NCBI GenBank assembly: GCA_963762565.1
Contig: CAVXLD010000001.1
Span: forward strand, 544,001 to 608,000
Length of the DNA stretch: 64,000 nt
From: an uncultured Verrucomicrobiae bacterium
Lineage (GTDB): Bacteria; Verrucomicrobiota; Verrucomicrobiia; Chthoniobacterales; JAFAMB01
Reading direction: 5' to 3'
Of the stretch, positions 38,576-48,550 are shown in pieces; positions within the stretch are counted from its first letter, which is position 1; each line of letters starts with the position of its first letter. Position numbers and translations under genes: made by a program. Under the pieces are notes generated by a model. It was not told the DNA's origin, made no database searches, and saw nothing but the letters and a program-made list of their open reading frames with translations.

Positions 38576-38646
38576 CCCGGGAGGGCTCGCGTCCTCGCGG
38601 CACCATGCGGCCTTGTTGTGTAAATGATTTTCGTTACCGTCCCATT

Positions 38647-39144
38647 GTGAGCAGACTATTTACCGACTTGGAAGAAAGGGACGTGCTTGCTCTGGCGATT
38701 TCACTCGAAGAAGAAGACAGTCGCATCTATCGAGATTACGCCGAGAGGATGAAAGAAAAGTATCCGGAAACCGCGTCGATTCTGCAATCGATGTCCGAAG
38801 TGGAACTCTCTCATCATCGCCGTCTGATTGAGGTTTTCCAAGGCCGGTTCGGAGATCATGTTCCTTATTTTCGACGACAGGACGTTAAGGGATTTATCAA
38901 ACGCAAACCAATCTGGTTGAATATCCACCTTAAACCTAAGCGGGTGCGCCAGGAGGTGATGGGTATGGAAGCAGAAAGCCGCCGTTTCTATCAGCAGGGT
39001 ATGGAGCAGGTTAAGTCCCCCGAAGTGCGTGTGCTCTTGGAAGAGCTCGCCGCCGTCGAAGAAGAGCACCAAGACATTTTTGTGGAAGAGGTCAGAAAGA
39101 AAAAGAAATCAGGAGCGCTGGAGAAGGAAGACGAAAGGAGCTAG
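38647..39144 (+). CDS. Ferritin/rubrerythrin-like domain resembling the N-terminus of iron exporter MbfA; membrane domain absent
   Basis: 'VLALAISLEEEDSRIY', 'E..H', 'E...FY', 'LAAVEEEH'; stop codon lies inside a GGAGCTA repeat. Confidence 0.75.
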   Translation: MSRLFTDLEERDVLALAISLEEEDSRIYRDYAERMKEKYPETASILQSMSEVELSHHRRLIEVFQGRFGDHVPYFRRQDVKGFIKRKPIWLNIHLKPKRVRQEVMGMEAESRRFYQQGMEQVKSPEVRVLLEELAAVEEEHQDIFVEEVRKKKKSGALEKEDERS

Positions 39145-39168
39145 GAGCTAGAATCTAGCTCCTTTCCC

Positions 39169-39711
39169 ATGGGTAAAATCTACACCGCTATCGACGAGAA
39201 ACTGAAGGGCTGGCTTGCCGCGCAAAAAGTGTTTTTTGTTGCCAGCGCTCCCCTCTCTCCTAACGGACATATTAATTGTTCGCCAAAAAACGGCGCATCT
39301 TTCCGCATTCTCGACGAACAAACTGTGGCCTACCTGGATCTGACTGGGAGCGGAATTGAAACGATCGCCCATTTGAAAGAGAACGGCCGCATCGTTCTCA
39401 TGTTCTGCGCCATGGAAGGCGCGCCAAAGATTGTCCGCCTGCATGGACAAGGCGAAACGATTGAACCTGGGCATCCGGATTTTGAATCAATGCGAGCGCA
39501 GTACCAAGACGCAACCGGCTTGCGCGCATTTATCCGGATCCGTTTGACTCGAATCTCGGATTCCTGCGGGTTCGGTGTACCGCGGTATGAATTCCGCGGG
39601 GAACGATCGCAGTTAGAAGAATGGGCAGAACGCAAAGGCGAACCCAACTTAGCCGTCTATCGCCAGGAGAAAAACAGCCGCTCGATCGACGGATTGCCAG
39701 GGGTTGGTTAA
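39169..39711 (+). CDS. Pyridoxamine 5'-phosphate oxidase-like FMN-binding protein
   Basis: 'VFFVASAP', 'NCSPK', 'LDLTGSGIETIAH..ENGRI', 'SCGFGVP', 'NSRSIDGLP'. Confidence 0.9.
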   Translation: MGKIYTAIDEKLKGWLAAQKVFFVASAPLSPNGHINCSPKNGASFRILDEQTVAYLDLTGSGIETIAHLKENGRIVLMFCAMEGAPKIVRLHGQGETIEPGHPDFESMRAQYQDATGLRAFIRIRLTRISDSCGFGVPRYEFRGERSQLEEWAERKGEPNLAVYRQEKNSRSIDGLPGVG

Positions 39712-39741
39712 CGGAGAACGGCGACCGCGAATTGTCGGACA

Positions 39742-39964
39742 TCGTCCCAAAGGGACTTGAGGACTCAGCCTGGGGTTTAACCCCAGGTACTGGTTTAACA
39801 ATACCCAGCCCTGAAGGGGCGGTAGAACCGTTGCATAGAATGTCGATGGGTTAGCCAAAAAAGCGTCGAGTACAACAATCTTCCGCCCCTACAGGGCGGG
39901 CCGTTATGCGAATGGATACCAGGGGTTAAAACCCCTGGCTGAGTCCTTTCATCCCTTCGGGATA
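39742..39964. mobile_element. MITE-like multi-hairpin inverted element
   Basis: gtcccaaagggac..ggactcagcctggggtttaaccccagg..ccctgaaggggcgg / ccgcccctacaggg..ccaggggttaaaacccctggctgagtcc..tcccttcggga; lies between convergent genes. Confidence 0.8.
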
Positions 39965-39980
39965 AGTCCATTTCTGGTCC

Positions 39981-42900
39981 TTATTTCTTTACCACATCCA
40001 CCACGTTGTCTTCCGCGGTAAGATCGATGAGTTTGTTGAGCGGATCGATGCCGGCTTTAGCCGGCACCTTATCCACAACAATCTTGATTGTAGAATCACC
40101 GCTCTGAATTTGTTGTTTCTGCAGATAGATCGGATTCCCCTGCGCGTCTAACACCCCGATATCGATCCAATCGTTCATCCGTACTTCGGTTTCAGCCCCC
40201 AAGCCATCCGCGCGCAATTTTTTAGCTCTTACCTTCAACTCGACCTCATACTTACCGTCATCGACGGCGCGGTAACTCGCTTCGGTGGCTCGATTATCGA
40301 AGAGCGTGATCGTTTCGAACAGGTCCGTAATCAGATACTGCTTATCCGGCGGAGTGATTTTACGAAACTCAGCCAATAAATCGCGTGAAGTGGGATAAGG
40401 CGGCCCCTGAAATGCCCATTTACGATCAAAGGCAGCCAGGGCTTGATCGACTGCGTCCTCCCCAATGGCATCCTGGAGGGCGTAGATAGCGAGCGATCCC
40501 TTATTGTAATGCACGTAAGCGTCTCCATCTTCTCGCACGAGTGGCTGCTCCCGTTTGCTTTCAGTGCTCCGACCCAAGAGATACGTATTCAATTCAAACT
40601 GCAGAAAGCGATGCATCTTGGCGTCCCCGTACTTGTGCTTCAACACCAGTAGCGCGGAATATTCGGCCAGACTTTCCGTGATGAATTCCGCTCCTTGAAC
40701 GTTGGCCGGGTCCTCCTGGTGAGCCCACCATTGATGCGCAACTTCATGAGCGGTTACGAAATAGGGATAATCGATATCCTTCGAATCCTTATCATCCACC
40801 TTCGCAATGAAACCAATGGATTCACTGAACGGAACCGTATTTGGAAAATGACTCGGCGAATGATTTGTATCTTGGAAATTCAATGATCCGGAGAACCCGA
40901 TGTTGATACGGCCCGAAATGCGCCGTGTAATACGAGAGAGAGTCCTTCACTCCGGCGATCATCCGGTCCAGATCAAATTCATGACCGGGTTGATAGTCGA
41001 TCTCGATTGCAACCGACTGAGTCCCGTTACTCCATTGATCTCTTCTGACACTGTATTTACCCGACAGTATCGGAAAAATGTCCGCCATTTTTGCGTCCAT
41101 TCGATACCGGAAATAGCGGCGGTCATTTTCCGTCCAATCCTTCTCCAAATAGCCCGTGGTGATACCGATCTGATCTGGATCCGTGCTGATGGTCGCGGTG
41201 TAGTCAATCCAATCCGAGTCTCGACTGATAGCATTGATTTGCTGGTTCGCCTTATCGTCGAGGTCGTGCATCCGCTCTTTCGGCGGCAAACCGAATCGTT
41301 TGCGATCATAGTCAGAAACAATCTCAACCGCTTCGTTATAACCGAAACTTGGTATCAGGCTGGAATTCGGATCCAAACCGGCGTTAAGAAATGTCCCATT
41401 GTCGAGAATGGTATCAGCCGCGCCGTCGTTACGGAAACCGTGGACGGCATACTCCACATCAAACTTAAATGGCATGGTTGCTCCCGGCGCCAGTGGCTCG
41501 TCTAAGGTATAGTGATGCCAATAAAGCTCAGGTGCGGCGTCGGCCAATTGCCATGATCGATCTACTGCCAACTGATTTATTTTTGCGATAACTGGCAGAT
41601 TCACATAAAGATCGCGAATCGGTGCGTTGGTTTTGTTCTGCAACGTCAGTACACCATGGAGACGCGCTCGATATTCGTGCGGAACAATATCCGCGTTCAA
41701 ATCCACCGCGATAACTCTGGGCTGGCGCGCTCCGGTTAACGATTTGTACCGTTTTTCATATTCGGCTTGCAAACGTTCACGCTCCAGCTTGGGCAGATAG
41801 GGATTCAGGATATGAGTATTATAATAGATCCAACCCCCGGCGCCGGCGAAGCAGACCGCTGCAACAGCCAAAATACCGATGGATAAAGGAGTGATTGCCT
41901 TGCCGGCGGCCCGTAACCGGTTTTTCCAATCTGTGTCTTTGCCTCGAACCCAAAACCATCCGGCCACTACCAAAAGCAAAACCGCACAAGCACCCCAATA
42001 GAAACGAAACCAGGCTACTGCACTTAGGAAATGGCCGTAGCCGTTAACATCTGAGTACACCAGGTCGGGCGCCGAATCGTACAAGTAAAGCTTGTTCTCC
42101 AAGCCGAAATTCGGCAGCTGCAAGGTCACAAAATAAATCAGGATTACGAAGGTATGCCCGAGATACTTGTGGTTTATCAGAACATGAATTGTTAACGCGA
42201 GCGCGGCCAAGATCCAATACGCCGGCATCCGGACCACGAAAAGGTCGAACAAGTAGTGACCAAATTCGATTCGCGTAAAATGCTGGAACAACTGAATTCC
42301 GATCCCGCAGGCCATCACGACGATCAAAAGTAACCATTGAATGGCAAACAGGGTTAGAAGTTTCCCCAAGAAAAGCAGCCAGCCCGGCGCGGCAGTTCCA
42401 TCCACGATTTCGTCAATCTTGGCGTCGCGTTCCCTCCACACGAGGTCGCCCGCATAGATGGAGGTGACCGTGAGGATGATTATTCCAAAGAGCCGTCCCG
42501 TTATTTCTAATATCTTATAAGTGATCGGGTAAGTGTTAGTCCCATAGAACGATCCCAGGACATACGAATTCCCGACGATGAAGAGAACACCGGCCGCCAC
42601 CAGCACTAGAAACCGGGGACGCCGGACAGTTTCACGCAGATGCAGCCGGATCAACCCGGGCAGAAATCGCAGATAAGCAATCGTACTGTGATTTAGAAGA
42701 GCAGCCGGCGCCGCACTCAGCTTCCCGATGGGCGCTAATACGGCTTCGCTTAGTTCCCGCCGCCGGCGCTTGACCACAATGGCTCGGGCGCTATCGAAAC
42801 GAAAGAAGGTATACCCAAAAACCAAGGTCACGATCCCAATACCGCCCCAAATCAGCCGGTTCCATAAGAGCACTCCATCCAGCGAGATCTGACGGGTATT

Positions 42901-43602
42901 TTGTTCGGCTACGCTCCAATATTGGGTCTGAACGTTCAGAGCGGTCAAGCCGCTGGAGTCAAGCAACGCTGCCAATGTCTTGTTTTCAAAATTGGCTAGG
43001 AGATTCAGCGACAGAAAATACGCCACTAACGCCAAGGTACCCGTGATGTATACGGGCGCCATTTGCCGCGAGAAAGCACCAACCACCAGGAATACTCCCC
43101 CCAGCCAAAATATGTTCGGCAGTACTGAAAAAAGATAAGGTCGCGCGAAAGCTTCGACAGAATACGGACCGAGGCGAGTTGGATCATTGCCAGGCCAGTT
43201 CCCTCCAATCAATATCCCGGCGACTATACCAAGGAAAACAACGATTAACGTGACATAACTTCCAATGAATCGGCCGAAGAAATAGTCTCGCTTCGAGATT
43301 GGCGCGCTAAATAGAAGTGTGTAAGTGCCGTGTTCGAAATCTTGTTGGATTGATCTACCCATTACAGCCGCGATAGCTGTTACCCCCACAAAACCGAGAA
43401 TCGTGATGGCAAAACTAAGGCCTTCCGGGCCGTTGATTAAAATCTTCTCACTCCCAAAGCTAACTAGAGAACCTGGGATGGCTCCGGCAGCCGCTGCCAT
43501 CCAGAGACCCGCTAAGAGTCCGTAAATAGCGAAATAGATCCAGGTCGAGGTGGACCGCAGTCGGTTCCTGAATTCAAACCACGCGATGGTGAACAGATTC
43601 AT
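39981..43602 (-). pseudogene. ABC-2-type permease - M1 aminopeptidase fusion, split by a one-base frameshift (possibly a sequencing error)
   Basis: Two multi-TM blocks, then 'IIEFPRY.SFAESF|PNTVPFSESIGF', 'HEVAHQWW', 'ESLAEY', 'HYNKG'; extra base in the A-run at 40845-40848. Confidence 0.85.
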
Positions 43603-43652
43603 AAGTCTGACATAGAGCGGAAAATACAATCACCGGCAGAACAAGCGCTTCT

Positions 43653-44549
43653 TCATGTTTCCGCGGTCTCGAGCGCAGCCAGACGACCGGCAATCGCGCT
43701 GAAATAAACGTCTTCAAGGTCGGGCGCCGCGAGTTCGAATCCTGGGTCCGGTGCTTCGTCCGAATATGCCCGAACAAACGTTTTTCCCGCGTGTAGACGC
43801 CCCGAGATAATGGGTAACCTTGACCTCAGTGCCTCCACTTCGCTTTTCGCGACCGTCTTCGACCAGATTTTCCCGGCAAATGAATCCACCAGCGACCTGG
43901 GATCGCCGGTCATGAGCACGCGACCCTCGTTAATAATCGCCAGGTTCGAGCACAGATCTGAAACGTCGTCTACGATATGCGTCGACAGGATCACAATCAC
44001 GTTATCGGCAATATCGGCGAGCAAGTTATGGAACCGGACCCTTTCCTCAGGGTCAAGCCCGGCTGTTGGTTCGTCGACGATGACCAGCTTCGGGTCACCA
44101 ATTAACGCCTGAGCGATGCCGAACCGCTGGCGCATCCCGCCGGAAAAAGTGCCCAGTTTCTGGCGCCGAACCGAATACAGATTGGTTCGCTGTAATAGTT
44201 CTTCGATCACTTCCCGGCGGTTCTTGCCCTCGGTCAATCCTTTTAAACGAGCTAGATGATCGAGGAGATCATAGGCAGATACCTTCGGATAAACTCCGAA
44301 ATCCTGCGGAAGATACCCAAACAATTTTCGAATCTGCCGGGGTTGCCTTAGTAAGTTAATTTTCCCAAGCGTGACTTCGCCGCTGTCGGCTTCCTGCAAA
44401 GTAGCCAAGGTCCGCATCAAGGTTGATTTCCCGGCGCCATTTGGGCCCAATAATCCGAACATCCCCGGCGGGATGGTCAATGAAACCCCGTCCAAAGCCT
44501 GAACGCCATTCGGGTATCGCTTTGAAAGATCCTCAATAGCTAGCTTCAT
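43653..44549 (-). CDS. ABC transporter ATP-binding protein
   Basis: 'GPNGAGKST', 'FSGGMRQR', 'IVDEPTAGLD', 'LSTH'. Confidence 0.95.
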   Translation of the reverse strand: MKLAIEDLSKRYPNGVQALDGVSLTIPPGMFGLLGPNGAGKSTLMRTLATLQEADSGEVTLGKINLLRQPRQIRKLFGYLPQDFGVYPKVSAYDLLDHLARLKGLTEGKNRREVIEELLQRTNLYSVRRQKLGTFSGGMRQRFGIAQALIGDPKLVIVDEPTAGLDPEERVRFHNLLADIADNVIVILSTHIVDDVSDLCSNLAIINEGRVLMTGDPRSLVDSFAGKIWSKTVAKSEVEALRSRLPIISGRLHAGKTFVRAYSDEAPDPGFELAAPDLEDVYFSAIAGRLAALETAET

Positions 44550-44777
44550 GAGTTTGTGTGGATAACACCAATCGACTGAAGGAAGTTTCAAGGCTCAAGA
44601 ATAAAACGCACAGAAGAACACAGAAAATCTTAACAGGAAGGACACAAAGGCCACGAAGACTGAACTTTTTTACAGAAGGCAACGCACGCTATAAAGATTT
44701 TGCTCCTAAGGAGCTTGATCCCTCCGGGACAACCTTTGTGTCTCCATGGTAATAATAGACTATAAATCGGAAACACC

Positions 44778-45803
44778 ATGAGCGAGACACGATCCACAAA
44801 TTCGGAGGTGAGAATTGGGATCCTGGGCAGCGGCTGGATGGGGTCGGTTCACGCTGAGTGTTATCAACGAATCAAGGGCGCTAAAGTCGTCGGCGTGTTT
44901 AGCCGCAACCGGGAGCGAGCAGAAGCCTTGGCCAAAATGTCTGGCGCCAACGCGGTCAGCGATGCGTCCGCACTCCTTGAAGACCCTACCGTCGACGCAA
45001 TCGATGTTTGTGTGCCGACAGCGAACCATGCGGAATTCGTGGTGGCGGCACTTCGACGCGGTAAGCATATCTTTTGCGAAAGTCCTCTTGCACTTCGGTT
45101 GACAGATTCAGAGGCAATGATCGAGGCAGCAAAACAGGCAAGCCGAATTTTTTTGGTTGGTCTACTGGAACGGTCCATCGCTCAATATGAACACGTGCAG
45201 GAGGCGGCTGCTGGCGGCCATCTAGGCAAGGTTTTAAGCATAACAACCTACCGGCTCGGCTCCTACCTACTGTCAGAAGAGACCAGAAAACATTACGCCG
45301 ATCCCGCGTTAGAGCTCATGACCTTAGATTTCGACTTCATCCGCTGGATGATTGGACTGCCGGCCTCGGTCTATGCAACAGCTGTATTGTGGAGCGGCCT
45401 CGCTTGCGAGGCCGACACTCCAGGCGAAATCTCGACAATCTTGAATTACGACTCCCGCGTTAGGGCAACAGTTTTGGCCAGCGGCATCATGCCGAGAGGA
45501 TTCCCGTTCTCGGTTGGCTTCCGTGTTCTTTTTGAGAAAGGTGCATTCGAGCTCAAGACCGTGTTCCAAGAAGCTGGTCCGCCGAAGAACCTGTTTCAGT
45601 TCTATTCCGAAGAGGGCGGGCAACTGTTAACGATCGAGGAGCACGATCCTTACGAGCAGGAACTCCGGCATTTTGTAAACGCGATCCGCGGCAATGCAGA
45701 CCCAGGATTACTCGATGCGCAGGATGCCGCTGAAGCCCTGAAGCTATCACTCGCCACCCTGCGATCAGCGAAAGAGGGCCGCGTCATAACACTGCCTCGC
45801 TAA
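44778..45803 (+). CDS. Gfo/Idh/MocA oxidoreductase
   Basis: 'IGILGSGWMG..H', 'DAIDVCVPT..H', 'GKHIFCESP'. Confidence 0.9.
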   Translation: MSETRSTNSEVRIGILGSGWMGSVHAECYQRIKGAKVVGVFSRNRERAEALAKMSGANAVSDASALLEDPTVDAIDVCVPTANHAEFVVAALRRGKHIFCESPLALRLTDSEAMIEAAKQASRIFLVGLLERSIAQYEHVQEAAAGGHLGKVLSITTYRLGSYLLSEETRKHYADPALELMTLDFDFIRWMIGLPASVYATAVLWSGLACEADTPGEISTILNYDSRVRATVLASGIMPRGFPFSVGFRVLFEKGAFELKTVFQEAGPPKNLFQFYSEEGGQLLTIEEHDPYEQELRHFVNAIRGNADPGLLDAQDAAEALKLSLATLRSAKEGRVITLPR

Positions 45804-45830
45804 CCCTCAAACCCTAAAAACCAGTATAAC

Positions 45831-45978
45831 ATCCGCAGATTACACAGATTACGCAGATTACGTTTTGGGGTCACACGATGTCAGGGGAGTTAAGGGAACG
45901 CCTCATCCTTAGAAGCCGGTGTCTTTCTCCGATTCGTATATCGAACCTTTAACCGAAATCTGCGTAATCTGCGGATAT
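45831..45978. repeat. Inverted (CRCAGATTA)n nonamer element
   Basis: atccgcagattacacagattacgcagatt ... aatctgcgtaatctgcggat. Confidence 0.9.
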
Positions 45979-46079
45979 TAAAAATCTACGGTTGTGTCGC
46001 GACCATGTCGTTTTCTGCCCAGCGACATGTCGCGAAAATTTGCTATTTGCTATTCCGGACGAGCCTCAGGCGAGTCCGG

Positions 46080-47456
46080 CTATGGTTGCGTCGTTACCAT
46101 ATCGCTGAAATCGAGCTTCCTATCGGGCGTGATAATATCCGGCGCCAAAGGCTTCTGCTCAAAATCAAAACAGGCCAACATATCATTCGACTCGGCGTCC
46201 CGATGCGTTAATGGTTTCAGGCCGAAGCGTTTCTCGATCAGCTTCAATGGGGATGTTAAATCGAAACGGGTGTGTATTACCTTCCCTGCCCTGGAATATG
46301 GAGAGATAATCAGACAAGGGACGCGTGGACCGAATCCATATCTATCCGTTTTCGGCGGAGGGACGTGATCATAAAAACCACCGTAGTCGTCCCACACCAA
46401 AATAATCGCACAGTCGTTCCAAAATTGGCTTTTCATCACGCGGTTGATCAGAGTCGTGACATACAACATCCCAACGGTGACATCATAAGGCGGGTGCTCA
46501 CTATTAAAAGCATTCGGCACTATCCAGGAAACTTCCGGAAGCGTGCCATCCTTCAAATCGTTGATGAATTGAGTCGTATAAACCAAGTGCGCCAAAAGAT
46601 CTGGGTCATCTTGGAACTGCTTAAAGGCGGGTAATGGATTCCAGACCGTATGTACCTGAGGTTCCGGCTTGCCCAAGACAGTGGTGAAACCAGAGTAAAA
46701 TTTCCAACTGACGTTCGCTGACTGCAACAGATCGCACATGGTCGGGAAATCATAAGTACCTGGTTCTTCACCTGTTACTTCCGATATCTGGGCTGGATTA
46801 AAAACGAGCCCTCCCGACTGAGCGGCAACCGCGTACAGATGGTTCGGTTGGCTAGGTCCCATCAGCGAAGAAAAAAAGTAATCGCACAAGGTGTATGACC
46901 GAGCATACTCCCAGTAGTTAGGAATCTGGTTATAATCCATGTACGACAAAGTATTCAGGACCCAACCCGGCGGCGGAAGCTGAGGCGGCGCAGTTGCCAC
47001 CGGCGACGGTGTTGGTGTAGGCACTCCTTGGATCTTATTCGGGTTAGGAGTCGGGTATGGTTTGGTGCCCCAATAGTAGGACAATGCGTCCGGCCATTCC
47101 GCCCAGATGAAACCGTCCATCGCTCCGTCATTCCAGGCGGTAATCGCCGATTGCCAACCATGAGCCAAGTCTCTGGGAACAGCGTTTCCAACAAAATGAA
47201 AGGGCTTATACTTTCGCGGACCGTTGGGATGATCGGCTAGCTTGGTTCCCGCTGGAATCCCGTTCGCGCCAGGATACGTTCCAAAGTAATTGTCGAACGA
47301 ATGATTCTCTTGGATGATGTAGATGAAATGATTGATCGGAATTTGAGACGACGACGTTGCGTCCTGCGCATAAACGTCGCCCGAAAACAAAAACACGGCG
47401 GGCGCACAAGTAAGTAATCCTAAGCACCAGGCTGCGGCTAATCGCGATTGGCACAT
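46080..47456 (-). CDS. Phospholipase C / AcpA-type phosphoesterase, secreted
   Basis: 'QENHSFDNYFG', 'GPSQPNH', 'SEHPP', 'WDDYGGFYDHVPPP', 'GPRVP'. Confidence 0.9.
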   Translation of the reverse strand: MCQSRLAAAWCLGLLTCAPAVFLFSGDVYAQDATSSSQIPINHFIYIIQENHSFDNYFGTYPGANGIPAGTKLADHPNGPRKYKPFHFVGNAVPRDLAHGWQSAITAWNDGAMDGFIWAEWPDALSYYWGTKPYPTPNPNKIQGVPTPTPSPVATAPPQLPPPGWVLNTLSYMDYNQIPNYWEYARSYTLCDYFFSSLMGPSQPNHLYAVAAQSGGLVFNPAQISEVTGEEPGTYDFPTMCDLLQSANVSWKFYSGFTTVLGKPEPQVHTVWNPLPAFKQFQDDPDLLAHLVYTTQFINDLKDGTLPEVSWIVPNAFNSEHPPYDVTVGMLYVTTLINRVMKSQFWNDCAIILVWDDYGGFYDHVPPPKTDRYGFGPRVPCLIISPYSRAGKVIHTRFDLTSPLKLIEKRFGLKPLTHRDAESNDMLACFDFEQKPLAPDIITPDRKLDFSDMVTTQP

Positions 47457-47506
47457 GGCAACTCTGACGATCGGGAACCGGGGGGCGTTACAAATTTAAC
47501 CGGGAA

Positions 47507-48247
47507 ATGAAAAATCTAGGGCTCGCTCTCGGCGTCTGTTGGTTGGTCTTAAGTAAAACAGTTGAGGCTGGACCACCATTTATAACGGATGATCCGGAGG
47601 TTCCTCCTGTGGGCGGCTGGGAAATCAATGTCCCGTTCACGTTGAATCGTAGCCCAGGGTCAACCCAGATGCAGGCGCCACTAGTCGACATGAACTATGG
47701 GTTGCCCCAACTGCAACTCGAGTTCGATATTCCCTTGGCGGTTGTTAGCGACGACCGGAAAGGGACTAATGCCGGACTAGGCGACCTCTTGTATGGGATC
47801 AAATGGCGATTTTACAAAGACGACAAAACCCAAACCCAAATCGGTGTTTATCCACAAATGTTCGCGCCAACCGGAGATTACCAGCGCGGGCTGGGCGGAG
47901 GCCGGCCGAACTACATCTTACCGTTACTGGCGGAAAAGAGCTGGGATAGATGGACGCTATACGGCAACATCGGTTATCGCTTACAAACTGCTCTCGGCCA
48001 ACAAAACTATTGGTACGCGGGCAGCGTCTTACAACGCGATATCACTGACCGGCTGAGTCTTGGGGTCGAGCTTTTTGGTAATACACCAACTGCCCCAAAC
48101 AGCCGACCCGACGTCGCCTTCAATATCGGGGGCAGCTTTAAGTTACAAGAGCACCTGAACTTCATTTTCACCGCTGGACGGGACATCGTGGGTGATACGC
48201 ACGCGACGCTATACCTGGGTCTGCAGATCGTGACGAATAAGGAATAG
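47507..48247 (+). CDS. Putative outer-membrane beta-barrel 'transporter' protein
   Basis: Signal peptide, 'GPPFITDDP', 'GLGD...GIKWRF', alternating beta-strand pattern, 'YLGLQI'. Confidence 0.7.
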   Translation: MKNLGLALGVCWLVLSKTVEAGPPFITDDPEVPPVGGWEINVPFTLNRSPGSTQMQAPLVDMNYGLPQLQLEFDIPLAVVSDDRKGTNAGLGDLLYGIKWRFYKDDKTQTQIGVYPQMFAPTGDYQRGLGGGRPNYILPLLAEKSWDRWTLYGNIGYRLQTALGQQNYWYAGSVLQRDITDRLSLGVELFGNTPTAPNSRPDVAFNIGGSFKLQEHLNFIFTAGRDIVGDTHATLYLGLQIVTNKE

Positions 48248-48292
48248 CCGCGAGAGATCAACCAGCGCCAAAGCCCAACCAAAAAGAAAAAC

Positions 48293-48493
48293 CTCACGCA
48301 AAAACGCAAAGGCGCAAAGGTTAAGACACAGGCAAGTATTGAGCAAAGTCCGGGGAGACCAGGGGAGACAACAATTCTGAACCAACGCGTTTCTTCGTAG
48401 CTCGGCCTATCTTCGCTAGCCAACCAGATCCATCGCTTCGAAATCGGAAACGCTCAGCCCTGCATGGTATTAACCTTTGCGTCTTTGCGTGAG
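48293..48493. repeat. Inverted (CGCAAAGR)n element
   Basis: ctcacgcaaaaacgcaaaggcgcaaaggttaa ... ttaacctttgcgtctttgcgtgag. Confidence 0.88.
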
Positions 48494-48550
48494 ATTTTCT
48501 GTGCTTGGGTTGCGGCTATGCCACGCTGTGTTCTCTTGCAGCTATTCAGT

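Noticed and set aside
40840..40860. Programmed ribosomal frameshift in the permease-peptidase gene
   Set aside because: There is no canonical slippery heptamer or stimulator. A 4-base homopolymer indel is the simpler explanation.
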